Both the position numbers and the translations under genes were made by a program. A DNA stretch of 64,000 nucleotides from Amphiscolops sp. MND2022. Its lineage: Eukaryota. The notes beneath the pieces are model-generated. The model worked only from the letters and a program-made list of their open reading frames with translations, did no database searches and was not told the origin of the DNA. Shown piece by piece: positions 24,534 through 35,990 of the stretch. The stretch covers positions 94,490,001 to 94,554,000 of the forward strand of contig OZ076409.1 of assembly GCA_964187785.1 (NCBI GenBank), given 5' to 3'. The number at the start of each line of letters is the position of its first letter. Within the stretch, counting starts at the first letter, position 1.

Positions 24534-27500
24534 TTAGCTCTTAGAACCACCAGCAGAAGATTCACCAAGGACAGACGAAGCTCTACCCCGGGAACAACTC
24601 TTTTCCATCCGCCTCCGCTTACTATCACTGGGTGGCCTCACAGCAGGAGCATCAGGCACAGAAGAAGTATCAGCGAAAGTGGGACTTCTAAAATGGAATT
24701 CTGACCCGTCGAGAACAGAGCGATAAGAAGTGACGAGAGTCTTGTAAATTGCTGAACGGCCGAAGCTGTCTACAAAGGTCCACGGGTCGTAATCGGCAGT
24801 GAAGGCAGTCTGTCCAAACGTCGAAGACAATTCGAAGAATTTCTCGAGACGAGACTCAGAACAGCAGGCAACCAGAGAATCAGGCACTGTTGACAGATAA
24901 CTTTGACAAGGCAAGATGACGTCCGCTAAACGAGACAGAAGCCCCTTTGTGTCAATCTTGCCCAAAGAAACAGGAGGATACTCGGGACTCACAGAAGTGA
25001 TGCAGAGGCAACTCAGTTTGAACAGATAACAGAGATGGTCATGTGTGTGGAGGAACTCCAATCCCATGAAGAAGTCAATGAGATCAGGAGGATCGCAGGA
25101 GGAGTCGAACTCAGGAGAATGGTTGGCTCGGAGGTAATCCAATAGGGAAACGTACTCGTCCCGGCAAACTGACTCATTGGACGCTGAAACCCAGGATCGC
25201 AGTTGGAAGGTGGAATCCAGACGGTCAAAATGCCGCAAAGCAATTTCTACGGGCCTCCTGAAGAGGATATGCGGATCAAACGCAGCCAGTCCTTTGATGA
25301 GGTCAGATCCGAGCTCGGAGTGTTGGAGTACTCCGGACAACAAGAACTTGATGAACTCCCTCGCACTCTTCACAAAGTCTGATTTTGCGCTTTCAGCAGT
25401 CTTGTCGATGGCTGCCTTACTAGACTTCTTGTTGAAATGAAGCCCCGCTGCCTTCAAGTTGCTTGCACTGGTCACTTTACTGGCAATCTTGAGCCGCACC
25501 AGGAAATCTTCATCACTCATAGGCTTGCCCTGACTGATTCGGAAGTCCATCAACAGGAACCAAGCGCTTTCCAGAGGCACAGTGTCAGGCTGGTAGATGC
25601 GGAAGCAAAGACGATTGATATACTTGCACATCTCTCCACAAAGGAAGAAGGTAGCATCTCGCCTCTGACCCAAATTGATGACGAAACTAGTGACATCTGA
25701 AACACAGAACCTGAAGGTCCCTAAAAGGACGACAGACCAAAAGTGACCCTACCAAACTAGAAATACTCACAATCGCTGACCAGGCGTTGGAACAGCTCCA
25801 GTTTGACAGTGAAGAAATTGTCCATGATCAGGGACCACTCGAAGCTCTGGACCTGTGGAAAGGTATGATGTAAATTTGAAACGATAACCCTACCTATGCT
25901 TATGAAAAGGAACGTTCACTAGAACTCTCTCTAAAAAAAGACAGATGATTTTGTGAATTATAACCTTGTTATGGACCCCTTGATTCTCTTGTCGGCGTGA
26001 ATGCACAGTGAAGTAGCGCAGGATCGACTTCCACTTCTTCAATAGATCGCGGCACAGATCAGGTATTTTGGTTATTTCCAGTGTGCAAGTTGTGATAGCC
26101 TAAACAAAACGATTTAAAAATGGGAGCCCTAACTGTCGGTGACTACCTCCGCCCTTCACCAATATTATGCAGAACAAATTTGCAAAATAGACTTACTCGG
26201 ACAAGTTCAGTCGAATCGGTGACCCAGTCCTCAGATAAGCAACCTCCAAGCGAGACCAGAAGACATTGAAGGACAGAGAACATGTCTATGTGCCCGAAGA
26301 CGCTGTAGTTTACCTTGTGCATCAAGGTCCTCAAGTCGAGCGACTCAAACCGGAAGCAACTTTGGATCCCACGTGGGTAAGAGGGATGCTGGTCCACTGT
26401 CCTTATCAGGTCAACGGCACATCCAGATATCGCGACCACATCGGGAGCGGTAGAAATGGCAGACAACAATCGTGATAGGGAGCCCATCTCCTCAGTGAGC
26501 CCGACGCCAGAAAGTCCACTTCGACAGACGAAGATGCGACAAAGCTTCGCACCCTTCCAAAATCGGAGAGACATCAAGCGGTTGGCCCCTCTCTTCTCGA
26601 ACTCAATCCCATAGTGTTGGGAAGCGATGATTTGCTCTGCCACGTCTTCCATCATGCAGTTGAAGACGTGTTGGAAAATGGCCTGAAACGGAACGAAACT
26701 CGGATGACCATACGGCTTTACCATTACAAGCTACCCTTACGCTACGAATGGTTCTATGATGAAACAAACGAGTGAACTTACCATGATGTGGTCTTCACTC
26801 CAGTCAAAATCCTGGAAGACTGATTGGAATCCAGTATAGCTCCCTGCTCTAGCCCACAACCTGCGGAGGAGAGCTATGTTGCCTGAGTCCTGCACGAAAT
26901 CTCCCAAGAGGCAAATCTGGGCCTGCAATCGCGATTGAGGTGTTACAGGAGCCGAAGAGTGTCCTTTCAAGTAATCCTCGTAAAAAGGATGTCTCTCGCC
27001 AACGTCAACAAGTTCTGTATGGATGAATCTGGGAAGCTCTTGCGCAAGGTCGGATTTGTTGAGGATTTTGCCATCCCTTCCTCGAACTCTGTGCTGGACT
27101 TTCCCTGTCACGTCATCAACTGTCTTGAGGTGCTCAAACCGCCACCTCTGGTCTCGGCGAAGGTGTTTCTCGGTCCTGTGGTGACGTAAGATTTCCACAG
27201 TGCCTTTAGTCTTTATGCTAAAGTTTTTCTTGCACATGTGGCACCACACCATGTAAGGGTTATGTAACGGATCGGCTGGGCCAGAAATGAAGGATCTAGT
27301 CCATGCTATCTTGGAGAAGAACTCCTCACGCATAGGCACACCCCGCCTTGGCATCCTCTTGCTCTTACTTTTCCTGGCTGAGACAACTGCCTGACGGGAC
27401 TTCTGGGTAGGAGATTGACCGCGAAGCTCAGACAAAGTACAGTCCAGGCTGCTCTTCTCCTGCAATTCAGTCTCTCCCTCAGTCGTGTTATGTGGCAGCC

Positions 27501-28960
27501 CTGGTTGTGAGGCTGTAGAGAGATTTTCAGGAGCAGTTTTATTATAAACTCTGTCAATCAAGAGCCTTTCCATGGAACTGTCACTATCTTCGGGATAGGA
27601 GAGACCACTGACATCCTGGAGTGTGCTCAGGTCAAGTTGTGGACTGGGCTGAGAACCAAGATCGACAGAAAGCTCGTCGGAGCTGGACCCAGCTTGGCGA
27701 TTGGATCCTGGGGAAGGAGCTCGGGCTCGCGTCCGGAACTTCTCAGTCCGTGAAGGGGCAGTCACGGGAGTTCCTTTTACTGCTCCAATTACCATTCTCT
27801 CCATGGTGGTACAAGTCATATTGATGGCTTCGTCAGTGAGAACCCGAAGCAGGTGATAGACCTGCGGCTCTGTGAAGGCTACAACCCTCTGTCCAACTGG
27901 GAACGTGTAGGGGTCTTCGGCCTCAAAATACTGTTTGAGGGTGGCTCTACTGCGTCCTGACAAATCTCGCAGAACTTCTTCTTGTGACTGAGGATTAAAC
28001 CGAGAAGTCCCTGGTGGTCCTGGATCGTGTATTTCCGATCCTGAGTCTTCTTGAGTCTCTGATGTTGACCCCGTTCCGAAAGGGATGCTCGCGTACAAGA
28101 GGGGAATTTCAGACTGACTGGTAGTATCAACAGCCTGGGTGGTGTCACTGTGGTCCCCTGGAACGGTGAAATGTCCTGCTCCGCCGGGGAGTGGAGGGGG
28201 CTCATGGACAGAAGATGAGGCTTCATCATCTGACTGCAGGAAAGAAACTGCAGATGTATCGTGGCTACGATTCTGGGCAAGTTGCAGCTCAGGGAAACCA
28301 GACTGCGACTGCGGCGCTACTGACAGTGAGGACTCAAGTTGTGAAATGCTGGTAACTTCTGTTCCAGGCTGCTCTAAGGGTGTCGGAGTGCTAGTTCTCA
28401 CTTGAATAGGAACGTGACCCACGTCTGGGACAGCTGGGTCTTGTGCCGGAGACGGCTCTTCTTCCCTAGGGCCGGCAGGATTTGTGTCAGTCAACCCCTG
28501 TGAGACTTCCATACGTTGGACCATCTCGTCTGCATACGCTGTGACATCGACGTTACTTTCATTGCTGAAAGGAGAGTCAGCAGTCAACTGTTGCGCTTGG
28601 CCGAGGAATGTTCTTATTGGGAGAAACGGAGGTGGAGAAGGCGTACTGCTGGGCATTGAGATGGGTAAAGGACGTTGAGGAAGCGCAGTGGAATTACCAG
28701 TTGTGGTAATGCTTTGAATTTGTGGTTCGTCGACGTTCTGTTGTTCTAAACAGAAGGAGATGAAATTTGGCGGTAAGCTTCCTTGAAAGAAATCCATTCT
28801 ACCGCATTAGAAAACTTCCGGAAGTACTTTGAAAAATTGAACAAAACGTGTTATCACGTGTTTACTGATGGATACAGGAAGCATCTTGTGAACAAATTTA
28901 GCCCTGATCAAGTTAAATTAAGTTCAAAACCAAAGCAAACCAACCTTCAACTGAAGACAT
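24534..28960 (-). CDS. Antisense accessory gene of element B, predicted 6 exons and 1281 aa: S/P-rich N-terminus, BED-type zinc finger, inactive hAT-transposase-like region
   Basis: Predicted exons 28960-28945, 28745-26782, 26682-26197, 26099-25965, 25852-25771, 25696-24534 (3846 nt, open); all introns GT-AG; VWCHMCKK...ILRHHRTEKH finger; LLKKWKSILRYF and LAAFDP motifs. First exon is tentative. Confidence 0.85.
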
Positions 28961-29842
28961 TCTGTCCTGTTTTGCCTTTTACTGTCGAACCAATCAAGCT
29001 CAGAAGGTGTGGAATCTGGCCGGACTCGGACCATGGACAGGTCCCGGGAATACTTCAAAGAGGAAGAAGGACGCTGTTGAAGAGATTAAGAAGAGTGGAG
29101 AAAACTGTCCGGTAGAGGATATCAGATGAAGAAGACAAAGTAAAATAATTGGAATTGAATTGGAATTAAAATGGGTTAATGGAATTAGAAGTTGGAGTTC
29201 GTGGCTGAAGAAAGTTTATCAGACTAATATTATTTAGTTATTTACATATTTATTATGTACATGAAGTCTGCCAGCGAAATGTACAAAGAACTTTGTTATT
29301 TACAGCTTACTTAGTTAGTTGCCGATTCCGGCCGTTTGACTTGTTGCACTTTATTATTTCGTTCAGTTAACTCAGTTACCGCCAGTTAAAATATCCGCCA
29401 TTTTGAATTATTCAGATTTATTATTTTCGCCATTTTATTATTTAATTTTTCATTTTATCAGAGCTTAACTCTGATTGGCTGAAGCCATGTTGAAAGAATT
29501 TAGCGGCGCGTGTTATTAATTGATCTGAAGCAAGCAGTTAATTACCCACTTAAAGAGAAGATATTTGATATCAACAAATTAAGTGCTGCTTACACCCACT
29601 TTGATGATGGCTCGTATGAAGGGCAAACACCTACTTAATCGGGGCCGCCAACCCCGTTTAGGAATTTCATTCAGGAAAGTTTACGATGAATCGGGGCAAT
29701 CAACCTGAGATTCTCCCGCTAAATTGGAAACTTCGGGAAAAGGCCTAACTCGGAATTTGAGGAGGCAACAAGCTCATTCTGATTTCAAACTCGCTCACGA
29801 CAAGTTGACTAGCAAATCTCCAAAATTGCGAAAAAACTAATA

Positions 29843-30455
29843 ATGGAAAGATTTAATAAAGCGAGAAAACTCTTTGGTTCTTTGGAATTCAGTTCTGACT
29901 CATCGAGAGACTCTGTAATCTACATCAGCAGTGATGAAGAAACCTCTGACGGATGGGACTCAGACTGGTCTACGGACACAGAAGAGCTGGTGAGGAGGAT
30001 TGAAACTCAAGTCCAGGCTGAGCCAATTCCCATAGCCGGCAGAAGAATGACGACGGCGAGCGACGAACCTGGTCCTAGCTCTGTGCCTTCAGACGCGCAA
30101 ACTACACCGAAGCTGGACAAAACCTACTTCGACGAGGAACTATGCTATGCTCCGTCTAGAGGCAACACGAAGAGGAGAGTAGAATTATGCAAGACGATTC
30201 TGCCTGTGTTAGAGTCGCCGCTTTCGCCCCCGCTCATGAGAGAGGGCCGTCTATGGATACGCCGGTGATACAACCCGAAAGTAGTGGGTTCCATGCTTCT
30301 TTCCACATACAAAATGCGTTGCCTTACACTGATATCAGCTCCCAAAGGTGCACAAGCTGTATGGTTTGTGGAAAATCTGTGGACGAAATAAAATCCATAA
30401 AGATAAACAGATATATGGAAGTCTCAACTCCAAGGAGCGAACCCGCTTACATCAC
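29843..30455 (+). pseudogene. Second accessory ORF of element B (sense strand), frameshifted near 30230 and truncated by the 3' rearrangement
   Basis: ATG ORF 29843-30268, acidic and Ser-rich, continues in the frame of ORF 30187 with CTSCMVC; cut at 30455. Confidence 0.55.
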
Positions 30456-30643
30456 ATTTCCACGTCACTGCAGACTTTCAAGTCCTTCGAACTTTTCGAC
30501 AAATACCTTTCAAACTTTGAATAGTATAATCCAAAATTTAGCATTATATCATATTCTATAGTTTAGATCACATATATCGTGTATTGGTCCTTGGTTATAT
30601 TTTCTCTTATAACCTGTGTCATCGTGTATAAAAATATAAGTGT
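30456..30643 (+). repeat. 188-bp copy of the 5' flanking host DNA (16023-16210, including the TSD) placed in front of the second LTR
   Basis: Direct match at the same 14433 offset, extending upstream of the LTR start. Confidence 0.93.
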
Positions 30644-32370
30644 TGTCGCAGGCTGCCGCCTGTGACGGCACAAGGATTACAACAACAGCTGTTGGCCAGG
30701 ATGTGGCCCCAGGAACTCTCCCTATCTATTAAAGTAAACTAAAACTTTCTCTTAAACTTTTACTTTGCTCATGTATTTTGTTGCCATATTATTTTAGAAA
30801 ATAGCCAAAAGGGCCGTACTGGGACGTATTCCCTTATTACCAAAACTTAGAATTACTGCGCTTGTTGATTATTTATGGTCAACCTTAGTCTTGAATGTTA
30901 ATTGTATATTAGTCTGTTAACATAGATTGTGTTGTGTTGTTGTATTATCAATGCAATGTAGTAATAATCAAAGATTATAGCAAGCAACTTAGAGAAAGTA
31001 CGGAAACGAGTTCAAACGGACTCTTGTACTTTCTTGCCAACGCCACTTGCGCTCACCCAATTAGCCAATCAGAGGCCTTCATTTTCGTGTGCTTTATTCT
31101 CTTTTGCCAATTACGGCCTTTGTACAAACCGGACGAAAGTGCTATTAATGCCGTTCAGGCAGTCGACCTAATCCGGCTATTCAGTCCGCCATAAACAAAG
31201 CACTTATGATTGATGCTAATTTCATGTAATGATATTTAGTTAATAGTTAGCTTTGTTGATCATGAAGTACCAATCTGAAGTGTTAATTGATGTTCTGTCG
31301 TACCATTAACAAATAGTTATCCAACTTGTTCTAAAATAGCTGTTGCATGAAATCTGATATTATTGCCTTATTAGGCCTTTTGCCATTGTACCCATGAAAG
31401 GTATTTAGACTAAACATATTTGTTGTGTTGCCACGTGCTAAAGTATGTGCACTTACATCAACAAATACCTGTTCAATGAAAATATTTCGCCAAATATGTA
31501 AACGATGCTAACGGTTGAATGATTGTTCCTTTGATGTATAATATTTGGAATGGATAGCGTTCATCCCGTGACCATCAAAAATGCAGTCATATGATATTGT
31601 CTTAGTCAAAGAATGTAAAGAATGAGAGTGTCACTCTTTCGGGGGTATAAATACCCGTGCCTTTGAGAGAGGAGACACTTCTTAATTTGCTCTCTTCTGA
31701 AAAAGACTATCATATTAGTACAAACGGTTTCACTGTTATTTTCGAGATATAATCTAATTCAATTTTATACTCGAAGTTTTCCTTATGCCTACTACAAGAA
31801 AACAAAAGAAGGCTAGAAAGTCCAGAGGACTAGAGATCCTTTCTGATATCGAAAATCTAGATATAATGTTAGGAGGCGATCGTTACAAAGGAACTGAAAG
31901 AGAAAGGAGTTTAGACAGTAACTCCGTTAGAAGGAGAGAAAGTATCATGAGTAATAACTTAGACAACGAGGGCGAAAGCCTGTTTTCAAATTGTAGAAAT
32001 GATGAACCTAGGACAAGTGCCGATCTTGGTCAAAACTCAGCTGAAGCAAACTCACTAGCTGAGATAAACAGGTTGTCTAGCGAATTGAACTCTAGGATAT
32101 CCCGTGAGATGGATGAAATGATGAGTAATGTTGATACGCTGATCCAAAGGGCCATTAATGAAGCTATTAGCAGTCAAGTATTGCCTCAAATACAGAATGT
32201 CATAATGGCCGGATCAGGCCGAGAGACCGGAAGGGGATGGGAAGTCCCAGTTGAGAGACCGGAAGCAAATGCCGAGGAACAGCGAATTCCAAATGCTAAG
32301 GCCGACTGTAGAAATGAACAACATGATGGATACCGATCGGGTGGACCATCTGCCCGTCACGTCCATGACA
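30644..32370 (+). repeat. Second LTR of element B, flanked on both sides by AGTGT (solo-LTR-like)
   Basis: Repeat of 16211-17937; AGTGT at 30639-30643 and 32371-32375. Confidence 0.96.
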
Positions 32371-32468
32371 AGTGTTTTGTTTTGATTTTTATTCTCTGGT
32401 GTAGTCAATCAATTTTGTGCATGATACAAAATTTTATTCCTTTTGTTTTCATAATACAACAAGTTTGA
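31785..32468 (+). CDS. LTR-encoded Gag N-terminus (195 codons) fused to about 32 flank-derived codons
   Basis: Matches the start of ORF 17352 (two substitutions) up to ARHVHD, then diverges at the LTR end. Confidence 0.55.
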   Translation: MPTTRKQKKARKSRGLEILSDIENLDIMLGGDRYKGTERERSLDSNSVRRRESIMSNNLDNEGESLFSNCRNDEPRTSADLGQNSAEANSLAEINRLSSELNSRISREMDEMMSNVDTLIQRAINEAISSQVLPQIQNVIMAGSGRETGRGWEVPVERPEANAEEQRIPNAKADCRNEQHDGYRSGGPSARHVHDKCFVLIFILWCSQSILCMIQNFIPFVFIIQQV

Positions 32469-32994
32469 AGCACTTTTGGAAGATTATTCTTCACACTATT
32501 CTGGAACTCAATCACTTTGAGCCAAATGGCTTCTTTCGAATTGGTTTAGTACCTGCCAATATCGGTTCAAATCTCATTGACACCAAAAAATCACACTTCT
32601 TCAGCTGTAAAAAATTCACATCAATTCAAGAAGTTCATGCTGAAGAAATTTCTAAAATGTTCAAATTTCTGATGATTCGACACTTAAAAGAAATAATAAT
32701 AATAATGTCAAACAGTAACTAAAGCAAGACTCTCAGTCAACTTTCATTTTGACTGCTCAGAAACGTTGCACCATTTTGAACCCTTCGAACATAAGAAGTT
32801 CCAATTCAGGATGTTCTCACTCTTCATGTACAATACACCCTCTAAAACAAATATAATTCTTCAAAACACTTGAACACAACAAAACAATTCAAAACAAAAT
32901 CCACTTTTTTTTAATGTGGTGCCATGATTTGCATGACCTAAAGTACTTTCATTTTTTCGAACAATGTTTTCATTCGTTGTTCGATAGTTTCACA

Positions 32995-33360
32995 GATGAC
33001 ATCTCAAAAAAGAAGTTGAGTTTTTTAAATTTGATTTCTTACAATTTCTAATACTTTCATGGAAGCAGTAATCTTTTATATTAGAATTGTGACGCCCTGA
33101 ATGATATTTAACCCTTGTAGTGACAATTCAATTTTGTTGTAATCATTGGTGTAATCGCCATAACTGTAATATCAGAGTAACTCGAATTTTGTAATCAAAT
33201 AGTTCTTCTATAGTAAAACAACAGGAAGAACAGTATCTGAGCTCTCAAAGAAATAAAGTTAGCTACCGACTGTTCTGCAAAATTTAGAAACTTCTTCTGT
33301 ACTTCTCGAAAGAATATCACTTAACATAAGGCACGTTTTAAGCAGCACAAATTTCATCCA
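32995..33360 (-). repeat. Diverged inverted homologue of 13560-13930
   Basis: Reverse-complement similarity visible by eye. Confidence 0.75.
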
Positions 33361-35990
33361 AACTCAAAATTTTTCAGCAATAATTACAAAAACACTTTTT
33401 GTTGATAGTTTTACTTTCTGACAGGATGCCAGAATAATGACAGCACGAAATCAAACTGGAAGCTGGCGTGTCTTCGCAAACATATAAAAAGAGTTTCTCG
33501 AAGAACAAATGCATGTCTTTGGATGAAATGTCGGAAATTTCTAGAAACAATTTGACCAACATCAGTTCTTATTCAATGTTGAAGCAATAATCTCTCCTAA
33601 AAACTCTAGACAAATCAGGAGTTAAAATGCGAAAAAAATTGTTGAAGCATTTTCAGCAGCGCATTCTGAAAAAGAATAATAAAAAAATATCAACCGATCC
33701 AAAGTTTCAGCAGAATTCTTCGACGGGGTTTAAAAGAGAACCTTTTGTCTACCGTTTTGCATGATCGGTGTTTGTTCAAGTTACCAGATGAGCAACTTTC
33801 TTTTTTTGGAAGCTTTTCATCAACTTGAAATCGTATTTTGGTCACAATATGTTTTGCAGGAATTATAGTTTCTGATCTCACCTGGATAAGTTTTTCAGAC
33901 TTTGCGACTACGGGGTCATCGTGTTTAACCATGTTACGCAGCATGTGTTCTGCTAACTGCAGAAACTGTGTAGCCGCTTCCTTTGGGGCATGCGGAATCA
34001 CCAGGTCTTCAGCATTCTGTTTGGCAACTCTCCAGACGATGGAGAAACAATGTAACATTTAATGCAACACCTGATTAGACTGGTTTTGGACGGCACTCTG
34101 TGTGGTCCTCTCATTGTGCTCGTAGCATGTGAGAACTTTTAAAACATTACCTACAAGCTTTTATACAGTAAAAGGACCCACTGTTATTTGCTTGTCAATA
34201 TAGCCATTTGAAAAAACACTTATAACTCCAAAAGTAAAAGGGGACAAATAGTGTGTATAATTTGACTCCCGTTGTACTCTCAATTGTAAAAACAATTTCT
34301 TGATATTGGCTGACTTTCTTTACTAATAATAGTCTTCCTTGGTTGTTTTTCTGAGGACTCGTGAGAAGGCCATATTTTGGAATCGGTGATGCAGAGCTCA
34401 ATCAAGATGCCACAACATGTTGCTGCGGGTGGAAAACCCCTGACCACATGCTTCACACGTCTTGCTTTTCAGCGTCCCCGTTACAGTCTCTTTAACTTTG
34501 AACGATGTAGTATAGCAACCTTAATCAAGAAATTTTGTATGGGTGGTACTTTACTACTTCGCCAGGGCAATTAGCAATTGATAAAAAGTTTGATGTGATC
34601 AATAAATTACTGTAACCAGCTTGTTTTTGCGGAGTATCAGTTTTTTATGTGATGAACAACTTACTTTAATTCTTCAGAAGCGAGGAAAGACCGTCTGCGA
34701 GCTCCATTGCCCTTTCAGCGCAGCTTTCAGTCAGTTGATGCTCTTTGAGCGCATCCTCAGAAATTACAGGCAGCAGACATTAGTCACAAGCAAAATGACT
34801 ACTACATGTGGCTTCTTCTTCTTAACACGGTCACGTTTTCCAACATGGTGGTTGAAATTGACCAGTTTATTTATCTGGGAGGAGAACTTGGGGGCACTTC
34901 TTGAGCGGCATTTCCTGGAATTCTAAAGATTGTTTATTACTTTCATTAAAATATTTGTCGCAACGCTCCTGGAGCCGTTCAAGCTTCGAAATTATGAACC
35001 CATCGAAAATTTTACTTTATTTTCTCCAATAAATTGGCCGTATTTTCATGAGACCACGCTGTTAGACATTCGATTTTAGTTGATTGTTCAAAATTATCGC
35101 TCTAAATTAGCTGTCTTAACGCTCTTGATGTCCTTAAAGTCTTTATTATCATAGATTTCTAAGGCTCTTGGTGCTCTTACAATACTCTCATTAAATGCCC
35201 CATTGTGTATAATTTCTGTAACATTGGAAATAAAATTCGTTTAAACATTTTGATCTTTCATTATAATTGTTATTAAATCTGTTTTTGAATTTGGCGAACA
35301 GGGTGGGGGGCAACTTATGATAATACCATTTGAATGCTCGCTTTTGGAGGCGTTACAAAGTTGACTGTTTCGTTTACATTGATATGAGTGTTTTGATTTT
35401 GCTAACATGGGGATCTTTGGTGCATTTTCTTCAAATGATCCCTGGAGTATATACAAAACGAACTCTTTCATCACAGTTGATATGGACTTTTTTCATTTTG
35501 GCGAACAGGGAGAGGGTATTTGAAATATTCTATTTAAATACTCCTTTAGTCGTTTTAACTTTATGTCTGCTCCGTATAAATTACTTTTCAAGCAGCTTAG
35601 GTTTTCTGCTGGTAAAGGTAAGATACTTTAGGTCTTCTTTGTCCTCTCCTACCGAATTATTACTCTATTTAAGCAGCTTTTCTAATTGTCAAGTTCAGCT
35701 GAGTCACTTTTACCACGTTTTCAATGCAAAGAAACTTCAGGGAATCTTACATTTCCAAGCATCGTGATTTTCAGCGTGCATTTAATTCATAACAGTGATT
35801 ACATGACTTACTTACTTGCGAAACGTAAAAAAACGATGTCTTGAGCTGAATCAATATGAGGGAAAATGGATGAAGGTCGTTTGGAGTGAAGTTACCAAAA
35901 ATTTTGCACACAGAGTCGAAGCAAGAGTCGGGTTTATTATTTTTTACATTGAATTTGGAAACGGTTACTACTTGTTCTTCCTATCATTGT

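Larger units (their letters stand above)
16211..32370 (+). mobile_element. Ty3/Gypsy LTR retrotransposon 'B' (about 16.2 kb), gag-pol disrupted, 3' junction rearranged
   Basis: Two 1727-bp LTRs (TGTC...GACA), 5-bp TSD AGTGT (16206-16210 and 32371-32375), PBS, gag with CCHC knuckles, pol order PR-RT-RNaseH-IN. Confidence 0.97.

Noticed and set aside
24534..28960. The antisense ORFs as an env gene or as an independently inserted autonomous hAT transposon
   Set aside because: Wrong strand and no signal peptide/TM pattern for env; no TIRs or 8-bp TSD noticed, no conserved catalytic residues, and the same position and orientation in three divergent elements
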